A DNA stretch of 64,000 nucleotides from Candidatus Omnitrophota bacterium (GTDB lineage: Bacteria > Omnitrophota > Gorgyraeia > 1-14-0-20-64-10), in the NCBI GenBank assembly GCA_016201735.1, contig JACQCH010000040.1:18822-82821 (forward strand), in the 5' to 3' direction. Both the position numbers and the translations under genes were made by a program. The notes beneath the pieces are model-generated. The model made no database searches. It worked only from the letters and a program-made list of their open reading frames with translations, and was not told the origin of the DNA. How positions within the stretch are numbered: the first letter of the stretch is position 1; each line of letters starts with the position of its first letter. Positions 56,241-64,000 of this stretch are shown here, piece after piece.

Positions 56241-57185
56241 ATGGCCCGAGATTCAAAAGCCCTCGCCGCCTTGACCCGCGCGCGGATCCCGCATGTGGAG
56301 GAATACTACGACCTGTTGGAATATGAAACAGCCCCTCTGGGGGGGTACCGGTTACGCCGGAATCAACGGTTGCCGCATGTGACCATCAACGAAAATGGCT
56401 ACCGTGGAAAACCCTTGAGCGGCTCGGAGACGATTCTGCTGCTGGGGGATTCGGTCACCTTTGGGGTGGGGGCCTCCTCCGATCATGCTTGTTTTTCCCG
56501 TTTCCTGGAAGCCGTCAGCCAGCAGCCGACTGCCGATGCATCCGTTCGTGCCTATCGGGTCTCTCAACATTACGGCCGACTCCCCATTCTGCTTCAGCAG
56601 TTGCCCATGCTTCAACAGGTATTTCTTTGGTGTGGCTATGTCGATTTGGTGTTTTGGGTGATTTCTGGTGGTTCGATCGAGGGAGCTTTCCATTTCGGGC
56701 AGAAGTACGCCGCGGGCTCTTCTCGAGTCGGAATCTCAGCTTATTGGATGAGATTCCTCCAAAAGGTCCATCGGGGCAGGCCGGCCGTTTCAAACTCGGA
56801 ACCGGAAGCGGGAACTTTAGAAGAGCTGGTGACCCAGGTGATGACCCATATCCGCGCCATACGGGATCTTCTCACCGCAAGGGGAATTGATTTTTCGGTT
56901 CTGCTGCAGCCTTTTATCCGGACGAGGCCCAAGGAGCCCCAGTTGCAGTTCATCCTAGACGGCTATGATCAAAAGGCCCGGGAGAAATTCGGTACCGGCT
57001 GGTACGATCTGTCGGACCGGTTTATCGATCTTTTCCGGAGTGAGTTGCAACAGAACGTTCCAGATCATTGGGTCGATTGCCAATCCTTCGTGACAGAGTC
57101 CGATTTCCTGGATCAGGTGCATCTCAAGGAAGGGGCGGCAGAGAAAATTGCCCGTTGCGTGGTTCAGAAGCAGTTCAGCATCTGA
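56241..57185 (+). CDS. SGNH/GDSL hydrolase-like protein
   Basis: 'ILLLGDSVTFGVGA' (block I GDS) and a late 'DQVHLKE' (possible DxxH). Weak. Confidence 0.4.
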   Translation: MARDSKALAALTRARIPHVEEYYDLLEYETAPLGGYRLRRNQRLPHVTINENGYRGKPLSGSETILLLGDSVTFGVGASSDHACFSRFLEAVSQQPTADASVRAYRVSQHYGRLPILLQQLPMLQQVFLWCGYVDLVFWVISGGSIEGAFHFGQKYAAGSSRVGISAYWMRFLQKVHRGRPAVSNSEPEAGTLEELVTQVMTHIRAIRDLLTARGIDFSVLLQPFIRTRPKEPQLQFILDGYDQKAREKFGTGWYDLSDRFIDLFRSELQQNVPDHWVDCQSFVTESDFLDQVHLKEGAAEKIARCVVQKQFSI

Positions 57186-57209
57186 AGGAGAAAGGATGGT
57201 AGTTCTTCA

Positions 57210-59006
57210 TTGCTGTTGAATATGTTCCTGGTTGGATGGGGGGCATGGATCCTCGTTTTTCTTTCGATTCCCTGGATCAGGAAGCTGGCCGTTTCCATCG
57301 GATGCGTGGCCCATCCTGTGAACGACCGGTGGGGGCGCAGGGTCATTCCCCGCCTGGGAGGGCTTCCGATCGCGTGCGTTTTCCTGGCCGCCGTCGGCTG
57401 GAGCGCATTCCGGGATCACCGACTCATCGGTCTATTGATTGCCGGATGGGTGATGCTCGCTACCGGATTGGCCGACGACCTGAAACCCCTTCATCCTTAT
57501 TCCAAGTTGATCGCGCAGATTGTTGCCGGTTGTCTGGTCATTCTCTCCAATGTTCAGATGGAGATCGGAGTCCCTTGGTGGATCATCCCATTCGACATCG
57601 CCTGGCTGGTGCTGGTCATCAACGCCTTTAATCTGATGGACAACATGGATGGGCTGTCCGCAGGGATCGGAGCCATCGGAGCCGCCTTGTGCACCTGGCA
57701 CGCCTTTCAGGGGAATCAATGGCTGATGGCGATCGTTTCAGCATCTCTTGTTGGGGCCACCCTCGGGTTTCTCCGGTATAACCTTTCGCCGGCGAAGATC
57801 TTCATGGGGGACACGGGCAGCCAGGTCTTGGGGCTTGGGTTAGGCGCCATCGCCCTGATGGGGAACATCTCGCACTCCACGCGGCTTCTGGGGATTCTGG
57901 CCTTGCCGACGCTTCTCTTGGCGGTGCCAATCTTCGATACTCTCTTCGTCACCCTTCAAAGGATCCTTCATCGGCGGCACCCGTTCCAGGGGGGAACCGA
58001 CCATCTGTCCCATCGGCTGGGAATCCTGGGGCTCACCACCCGACAGGTCGTATTTACACTCTACGGCCTAAGCGCTGCCTTCGGCGCCCTGTCGGTCGTC
58101 CTCTCCTACCAAAGTTCCATCGTCATCACCGGAATATGGCTCCTGATGATCGGACTCCTCCTTCTCATTGGGATGTATCTAGCCCGCGTCCGGGTCTATA
58201 CCGGGCCGACCCTCTTGCCCGCGCGAACACAGGTCACCTGGGTCGATACCATGCTGCTGCACAAACGGCGGATTATGGAGGTCTGCGTTGATTTTGTCCT
58301 GATCTGCGCCTCGTACGTCACTGCCTTTGCGCTGCGCTTCGAAGCGAACATCACGGGGGATCTTGAGCTCTTGATCTTGAAGTCTCTGCCCTGGGTGATC
58401 GCGGTCCAGATGCTTTGCTCCTTCACTTACGGCCTCTACCGGGGGATACGGAAATACACCGGCCTTTCCGACCTCATCGCCATCTTTCGGGCGGTGGCCA
58501 TCGGGACCGTCCTCTCTGCCTTGATCGTGCTTTTCCTATGGCGATTTCAAGGATATTCCCGGGCCGTTTTTATCATCTATGGCCTGCTTCTTTTCGTGAC
58601 CATCAGCGGGGCCCGGGTGGCGGAGCGGCTGCTCAACGAATGGATCACCGCTTCGATTTTGGCAGGGGCCTCTCCGGTTCTTATCATCGGAGCAGGGGAC
58701 AGGGGAGAGCTTCTCCTCCGGCATCTGAAGTACCATTCTCCGCCCAAATATCGAGTCGTTGGATTCCTCGATGATGATCCGGAAAAGAAAGGAGTCCTCA
58801 TCCATGGAACCCAAGTCCTGGGATCCCGACAGGATATGGGACGAATCGTCCAACAAGCGAAGATTCAAGAGGTTTTTATCGCCATTGGGCAACCTCCCGA
58901 GGAGTTGATCCAACAAATTCAAGGATACTGCGAGGAGAACGGCCTGGTCTGGAGATGGATAAAGGGAATGGCCTCCATCGAATCCAAGTCATCCCTCGAG
59001 CTATGA
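57210..59006 (+). CDS. Polyprenyl-phosphate N-acetylhexosamine-1-phosphate transferase (WecA/MraY family) with C-terminal Rossmann-like extension
   Basis: 'ADDLKP' and 'NAFNLMDNMDGL' are WecA/MraY motifs. The C-terminal ~200 aa, 'VLIIGAGDRGELLLRHL', resemble the CapD/WbaP-type CoA-binding-like domain. TTG start. Confidence 0.65.
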   Translation: MLLNMFLVGWGAWILVFLSIPWIRKLAVSIGCVAHPVNDRWGRRVIPRLGGLPIACVFLAAVGWSAFRDHRLIGLLIAGWVMLATGLADDLKPLHPYSKLIAQIVAGCLVILSNVQMEIGVPWWIIPFDIAWLVLVINAFNLMDNMDGLSAGIGAIGAALCTWHAFQGNQWLMAIVSASLVGATLGFLRYNLSPAKIFMGDTGSQVLGLGLGAIALMGNISHSTRLLGILALPTLLLAVPIFDTLFVTLQRILHRRHPFQGGTDHLSHRLGILGLTTRQVVFTLYGLSAAFGALSVVLSYQSSIVITGIWLLMIGLLLLIGMYLARVRVYTGPTLLPARTQVTWVDTMLLHKRRIMEVCVDFVLICASYVTAFALRFEANITGDLELLILKSLPWVIAVQMLCSFTYGLYRGIRKYTGLSDLIAIFRAVAIGTVLSALIVLFLWRFQGYSRAVFIIYGLLLFVTISGARVAERLLNEWITASILAGASPVLIIGAGDRGELLLRHLKYHSPPKYRVVGFLDDDPEKKGVLIHGTQVLGSRQDMGRIVQQAKIQEVFIAIGQPPEELIQQIQGYCEENGLVWRWIKGMASIESKSSLEL

Positions 59007-61438
59007 TCGAAACCACCCGGTTTTTCTCTCAAAGAGCCGCCCGTGCACTTCTCTACTGCTTGCTCTTTACCATTCCTCTCTCCGTGGCAGCCATTGAGAT
59101 CCTTTTCCCCCTCCTATTGATCGCGTGGCTGCTGGGGTGGAGTCCTGGGATAAAGCGGGGTTCCTCATCCATCTGGAGCTTAGCGGCCGGCCGGACCGTC
59201 CTAACTCCTCTACTCATCTACATCGCCATCTGCGCTGTGTCGGTTCTCTTCAGCACCGATCCTGTCTTAAGTCTAACCGGCCTGGTTGGAAAAACCTTGG
59301 AGTACATCCTGTTCTTCCTCATCGCCAGCGATGTGGTGGATCGACCTCTTGTGGCCCGACGCTGTGTCCGAATCCTCCTGGGTTCCGCTTTGGTGGTGGG
59401 GCTTTACGCCCTTCTCCAGCAGATCGTCGGCCACGATCCGATCCTGAATCGTCCCTTGGTCTACGGCCGGATGGTGGGCCCTTACCGAAACCCCAACGAC
59501 TTAGCCACTTTCCTTTTGGTGATCCTGATTATCGTCGCCGCGCAGATCGTTGGAAATCGGAAACGCCTTCAGATGGGACATTGTCTGCTGGGAGCTCTTC
59601 TGATCTATTGCCTTGTAAAAACGCTATCCCGAGGGGCCCTCGTGGGCTTGGTCCCGGCACTTTTCTTACTGTTTCTTATCTTCCCACTTCCGAAATGGCT
59701 CCGGTGGACGACCGCGTCGGCGGTCTTGCTCATGGGGGCCTTGATCTTCCTTCACAAGGGCCAGCTGACCCAAGTTCTCTCCTTCTCGGATTCCGGCTCC
59801 ATGGAACGGAAAGTCATGTGGGAGGCGGCGTGGCGGATGATCCAGGACCAGCCGCTGACGGGGACCGGGCTGAATACCTTTATGGCCAACTATCTTCATT
59901 ACACGACTGGTCATAATCAGGGACCTGCGTACGCGCACAATTGTTTTCTCCAGATCGCCGCGGAGACCGGCATCATGAGCCTTGCCTTTTTCCTCCTGTT
60001 CCTCGGAGTGCTCTTCTCTACGTATTGGTGTTCCCTGAAGAAAACCTTGAATCTCCGCTGGGCGTTCCTCAGACCAGTACTTTCCGGATTGGCGATTGCC
60101 CTATTTGCCTTTCTGATTCAATCGGCCTTCGACACAAACCTTTATTCCCTCCGGCAGGCAACTCTTTTCTGGACCTTGGCCGGTGTGGCCTTCGGAACCA
60201 GCCAAATGATGGCCCAGCGGTCCCTTTCTCAGGACAGTAAGAACCGGAAGATCGTCCGGATCATCACCCGGATGAATATCGGGGGGCCGGCTCAGCAGGC
60301 CGCGGCTCTTTCGGACCGTTTGACGGCGTTCGGATGGCAGACCCTCCTCATCACCGGTCGATTGGAGTCCGGAGAAGGGGATATGCGGTATCTGCTGATG
60401 GATCGGGTGAGGACCGTCGATCTGCCGTCGCTCCGGAGAAAAATCGATCCGGTCAGAGATCCGCGGGCTTTTTGGAGCATTCTGCGGCGCCTCTGGATTG
60501 AGCGGCCGATCCTGCTCCACACCCACACCGCTAAAGCCGGCGCTCTGGGCCGAGCCGCAGGCGGCATCTACCGGCTGGCGACCGGCGCGCCGCTGGTCAT
60601 GGTCCACACCTTTCACGGCCACATCTTCGATGGGTATTTCTCTCCCGCTGCCGCCCGGATCTTCTGCGGGATAGAACGGTTCCTTGCCCGGTTCACCGAC
60701 TCCGTCATCGCGGTGAGCCCAACGGTGAAAAAAGAGTTGGTCGCCTTGAGGATCGCCCCTTCCAAAAAAATCCGGGTCATTCCTTTGGCTCCTTCTCTGG
60801 ACCGTTTCCTGAAAATGGATCCGCCGACGTTCCAAGGACCCCTGGGAGTTGGGCTGGTCGGCCGGCTCACCCCGATCAAGAACCATCGGCTCCTCTTTGA
60901 AGCGGCCCGCATTCTTCGGGAAGCCGCCCAGTTGAACGGAACCCAATTCCTCCTTGTGGGAGACGGGGAACTGCGGCCCTCCCTGGAATCCGCCGTCAAT
61001 CAGATGAATCTCCTTCCTCACGTTCAATTTCTCGGATGGCAGACGGATCTGCCTTCTGTTTATCGATCGTTCCATATCCTCTGCATCACCTCGAAGAACG
61101 AGGGAACGCCGGTCGCGGTTCTCGAAGCGATGGCGGCCGCGCGGCCTGTCGTGGCGACTGACGTGGGAGGGGTTCGAGACCTGCTGGGCAGACCTAAACG
61201 ACTGGAATCCACTGGGACCAATGGGGGTTTTGAAATTTGTGAACGGGGCATCCTGGTTCCCTCGGAGGATGCCCAGACTCTCTCGGAGGCACTCCAGTTC
61301 CTGATGACGCACCCGGAAGTCGGTCTCCAAATGGGAGCCGCGGGCAGGGAATTTGTCCGTCACTCCTTTTCCCCCGAACAGCTTGACCTCACCATTCATC
61401 AGCTGTACTTAAAATTATCGCGTCGTTGGCTCTGCTAG
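59003..61438 (+). CDS. O-antigen ligase/polymerase-like membrane domain fused to GT4 glycosyltransferase
   Basis: ATGA overlap. About 12 TM N-terminal half with a large periplasmic loop (Wzy_C-like). C-terminus 'EGTPVAVLEAMAAARPVVATDVGG' is the GT4 E-x7-E motif. Confidence 0.55.
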   Translation: MIETTRFFSQRAARALLYCLLFTIPLSVAAIEILFPLLLIAWLLGWSPGIKRGSSSIWSLAAGRTVLTPLLIYIAICAVSVLFSTDPVLSLTGLVGKTLEYILFFLIASDVVDRPLVARRCVRILLGSALVVGLYALLQQIVGHDPILNRPLVYGRMVGPYRNPNDLATFLLVILIIVAAQIVGNRKRLQMGHCLLGALLIYCLVKTLSRGALVGLVPALFLLFLIFPLPKWLRWTTASAVLLMGALIFLHKGQLTQVLSFSDSGSMERKVMWEAAWRMIQDQPLTGTGLNTFMANYLHYTTGHNQGPAYAHNCFLQIAAETGIMSLAFFLLFLGVLFSTYWCSLKKTLNLRWAFLRPVLSGLAIALFAFLIQSAFDTNLYSLRQATLFWTLAGVAFGTSQMMAQRSLSQDSKNRKIVRIITRMNIGGPAQQAAALSDRLTAFGWQTLLITGRLESGEGDMRYLLMDRVRTVDLPSLRRKIDPVRDPRAFWSILRRLWIERPILLHTHTAKAGALGRAAGGIYRLATGAPLVMVHTFHGHIFDGYFSPAAARIFCGIERFLARFTDSVIAVSPTVKKELVALRIAPSKKIRVIPLAPSLDRFLKMDPPTFQGPLGVGLVGRLTPIKNHRLLFEAARILREAAQLNGTQFLLVGDGELRPSLESAVNQMNLLPHVQFLGWQTDLPSVYRSFHILCITSKNEGTPVAVLEAMAAARPVVATDVGGVRDLLGRPKRLESTGTNGGFEICERGILVPSEDAQTLSEALQFLMTHPEVGLQMGAAGREFVRHSFSPEQLDLTIHQLYLKLSRRWLC

Positions 61439-62442
61439 ATTCCACCCCCACAATCCGGAAGATCCTCATCATCCGGAACGACCGGATGGGAGATTTGTTG
61501 ATGTGCCTCCCGGCCATCCACGAGCTCCGCAGGGGGTTTCCGGAAGCGGCTCTGACCCTGCTTCTAAAAAAAGAGTTGGAACCTCTGATCGAAGGGCACC
61601 CGGATCTGGACCGGCTTCTCCCTTGGAATCCCGCGGAAGGACAGGGGTGGACGGCTTCTCTGCGATGGGCCGGGGAATTCCGAAAGGAGCGGTTCGACGC
61701 CGTCATTGTATTCAATCCGACCCGGCTGTTCCATCTGGCCGCCTTCTTGGCGGGGATTCCGCTCCGGATCGGCTACCGGCGAAAACTTGGATTCCTCCTC
61801 ACCCGATCGATCCCCGATACCAAGGTCTCAAGGGTCCTCCACGAAATGGAGTACAACGTTGAGCTGGTCCGCCTCTTTGGAATCTCAACTTCAACTCCGC
61901 TCCTCTCCCTCCCAAAGCGCCCGGAAAGTGAGGCCGAGGCGGCTCGAATCTTGGATTCCTATGGTATTCCCTCGTCCACCCGCCCCATCGCGTTTCACCC
62001 CTGGACAAGCGATTTTGCCAAGACGCGGCATCGGCGCTGGCCTTTGGAGTCGTTCCAAGATCTGGCGACAAATCTTCATGCCTGCGGCCAACCAGTTTTG
62101 GTGGTTGGAGGCCAAGAATTCAGACCTCTGATGGACCAATGGAAGGCGAAGGAAGCCCCTGGCATCATCGATCTGGTGGGCCGGGTTCCGTTAAGAACGC
62201 TTCCGGCTCTGCTCAGGCGCTGCGCGGTCTTGATATCGAACGACAGCGGCCCCGCCCACATCGCGGTCGCCGTCGGCACCCCCACGATCGTCGTCGCCTC
62301 GAAGTCCCAGGCCTCCACCTTAAACCGGTGGGGACCCCGAGGGCCAAGACACCGGATCCTTCTCTCCCCGACCGTTGAGGAAGCGGCCGCCGCCCTCCGG
62401 GCATGCCTGGCTGAAACGGGCCTGGGAGCGATGAACCGATGA
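61426..62442 (+). CDS. Glycosyltransferase family 9 (LPS heptosyltransferase-like)
   Basis: 'ILIIRNDRMGDLLMCLPAI' and 'NDSGPAHIA' are GT9 signatures. TTG start. Confidence 0.7.
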   Translation: MALLDSTPTIRKILIIRNDRMGDLLMCLPAIHELRRGFPEAALTLLLKKELEPLIEGHPDLDRLLPWNPAEGQGWTASLRWAGEFRKERFDAVIVFNPTRLFHLAAFLAGIPLRIGYRRKLGFLLTRSIPDTKVSRVLHEMEYNVELVRLFGISTSTPLLSLPKRPESEAEAARILDSYGIPSSTRPIAFHPWTSDFAKTRHRRWPLESFQDLATNLHACGQPVLVVGGQEFRPLMDQWKAKEAPGIIDLVGRVPLRTLPALLRRCAVLISNDSGPAHIAVAVGTPTIVVASKSQASTLNRWGPRGPRHRILLSPTVEEAAAALRACLAETGLGAMNR

Positions 62443-63506
62443 GAGTCCTGATCGCCAACCCGTTCGGTATCGGGGACGTCCTTTTTTCCCTGCCCCTTCT
62501 TCATGCCCTTCGGGAAGAGAATTCCAAGACCTTCATCGGGTATCTGTGCAACCGCCGCACCGAAGAGATTGTGGGCCACTCTTTTCCCATTGATTGGCAT
62601 CTTGTCTTCGAAAAGGATGAGTTCCGAAAGGCCTGGCGGCGATCCAAGCCGGCGGGGATCAGGGAGCTTGGCTCTCTGATCCGGGCAATTTCCGGAATCC
62701 AGTTCGACACGCTCATCGACCTGTCCTTGGGATGGCATTACGGGTTGGGGGGAGCTTTATCCGGCATCCCCAAGCGAGTCGGATTTGATTTCCGCGGGCG
62801 AGGTCGATTTCTAACCCACCGACTTTCCCTCCAAGGGTTCCACGATCAACCGGTCAGCGAATATTATCTGGATCTGCTGTCCCTTCTGGATCTGCCGCGG
62901 CCCAACCAAATACGCCATTCATTGACTCTCAATGGATCTGTCGGAACCCAAGTCGCGGAGTATTTGAAAACTCAAGAAGTCCATCCAAGAGAAAAACTTA
63001 TCGCCATCGTTCCAGGAGGAGGAGCCAGTTGGGGTCCCAACGCGCTCTATAAACAATGGCCGCCGGACCGTTTCATGGAGACAGCGAACCACCTGGCTTC
63101 CCAGTATCAAGCCAGGATCCTTTTAATCGGAGACGCCCAGGAAGAGTCCCTCTGCCGGATGATTGCCAAGGGATTAAAGAGCCCCTCGATCCTGGCCGGG
63201 ATTCCATCCCTTTTGCTTCTGGCCGGCCTGCTCAAACGCTGCGATTTGGTGATCGGCAACGACAGCGGCCCCATGCACCTGGCGGCCTGCGTCGGAACAA
63301 AGACCGTCGCCATCTATGGACCGGTGGATGGCTCCGTCTACGGGCCTCTCTCAGATCCATCCATCCATCGAGTCGTTGTTCACGGCCTGGCCTGCCGGCC
63401 CTGCTATCAGGGGTTCCGTTTTCCCCCGTGCCCCTGGGACAACGCCTGCTTGAAACAATTGGACCCCTCCCGGGTCATCACCGCCGCGGAGGAACTCCTT
63501 GACTAA
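62439..63506 (+). CDS. Glycosyltransferase family 9 (LPS heptosyltransferase-like), second copy
   Basis: 'VLIANPFGIGDVLFSLPLL' and 'NDSGPMHLAA'. ATGA overlap. Confidence 0.7.
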   Translation: MRVLIANPFGIGDVLFSLPLLHALREENSKTFIGYLCNRRTEEIVGHSFPIDWHLVFEKDEFRKAWRRSKPAGIRELGSLIRAISGIQFDTLIDLSLGWHYGLGGALSGIPKRVGFDFRGRGRFLTHRLSLQGFHDQPVSEYYLDLLSLLDLPRPNQIRHSLTLNGSVGTQVAEYLKTQEVHPREKLIAIVPGGGASWGPNALYKQWPPDRFMETANHLASQYQARILLIGDAQEESLCRMIAKGLKSPSILAGIPSLLLLAGLLKRCDLVIGNDSGPMHLAACVGTKTVAIYGPVDGSVYGPLSDPSIHRVVVHGLACRPCYQGFRFPPCPWDNACLKQLDPSRVITAAEELLD

Positions 63507-64000
63507 GAAATTGAGGCAGGCCCGCGGGGATCCGTGGCTCCTTCTCCTGCTCGGGGCAGGGGCTTTGCTGCTGTTATCGAATCTAGGCAACGGACGGCTC
63601 TGGCAGGATGAGGCCGAGACCGCCGTCTTGGGAAGGAATGTCCTGCATTACGGATACCCCAGAGCATTCGACGGGATAAACCAGGTGAACCCGGCTCTCC
63701 CCCTTCAGGATGGGTATGCCTGGACTTACCACAGCTGGCTTCCGATCTACCTTGCGGCCGGCTCCTTTGCCCTGTTCGGAGTCGACACCACCTCGGCCCG
63801 CCTTCCGTTTGCCCTGTTGGGTTTGGGGGCCCTTTGGCTGGGGTATCGAGCCGCCCAACGCTTGACCGGCGATCGGTGGATCAGCCGGCTCACCCTCTTG
63901 ACGCTGACAACCTCCGTTCCATTCCTCCTTCATATGCGCCAGTGCAGGTATTACGCCCCGGAGGTCTTCTTCACTCTCTGGGCCATCTTGGCCTATTGGC
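63497..64000 (+). CDS. GT-C membrane glycosyltransferase (ArnT/PMT-like), 3'-truncated by the window edge
   Basis: TTG 63497. 'WQDEAETAVLGRNVLHYGYP' is the DE motif of GT39/83. Hydrophobic segments follow. No stop before the window end. Confidence 0.5.

Overview
This 64 kb window is GC-rich (about 60% by eye) bacterial DNA. It is almost entirely one strand-biased surface-glycan biosynthesis supercluster. About 58 genes are co-directional on the + strand and are packed with ATGA/GTGA start-stop overlaps; one gene is on the - strand (41839..43083). I recognise no rRNA, tRNA, CRISPR array or transposase.

Content from left to right:
- (i) 408-7209: a sulfation-type block with a GT2, an APS-kinase-like P-loop kinase, an AsnB-family amidotransferase, an aldehyde dehydrogenase, a sugar-phosphate nucleotidyltransferase and a sulfotransferase-like protein.
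- (ii) 7221-15808: a complete legionaminic-acid-type nonulosonic acid pathway. It has NeuA/NeuB/NeuC/NeuD-like enzymes, a CBS-domain nucleotidyltransferase, a 4,6-dehydratase and a DegT aminotransferase.
- (iii) 15805-24083: an acetamidino module (HisF-like, HisH-like, two PP-loop N-acetyl-sugar amidotransferases). It is bracketed by two paralogous ~680-aa proteins of unknown function that share a ~0.9 kb near-identical direct repeat.
- (iv) 24086-34507: GT2s, a PseB/CapD-like dehydratase plus an RmlD-like reductase, a deacetylase, and GmhA with a transaldolase-like partner.
- (v) 34526-43083: an unusual module with an HpcH aldolase, two SDRs, a KdsB-like cytidylyltransferase, a D-2-hydroxyacid dehydrogenase, an AcpS-type PPTase, an ACP, a hexapeptide acyltransferase, an FkbH-like glyceryl-ACP loader and a MaoC-FabG fusion on the - strand.
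- (vi) 43103-64000: assembly genes. These include GT2s, methyltransferases, a GT4-GT4-DUF218 fusion, a second AsnB homolog, an Arn-like GT-C/GT2 pair, epimerases, a WecA-family initiating transferase, an O-antigen-ligase-like::GT4 fusion, two GT9 heptosyltransferases and a truncated ArnT-like GT-C.

The most interesting candidates are the ACP-dependent acylation module (FkbH-ACP-PPTase-acyltransferase) embedded in a nonulosonic-acid locus, the duplicated unknown proteins flanking the acetamidino module, and the HpcH-aldolase/KdsB-like pair. All functional calls come from motif recognition in the translated ORFs; I could run no database search.
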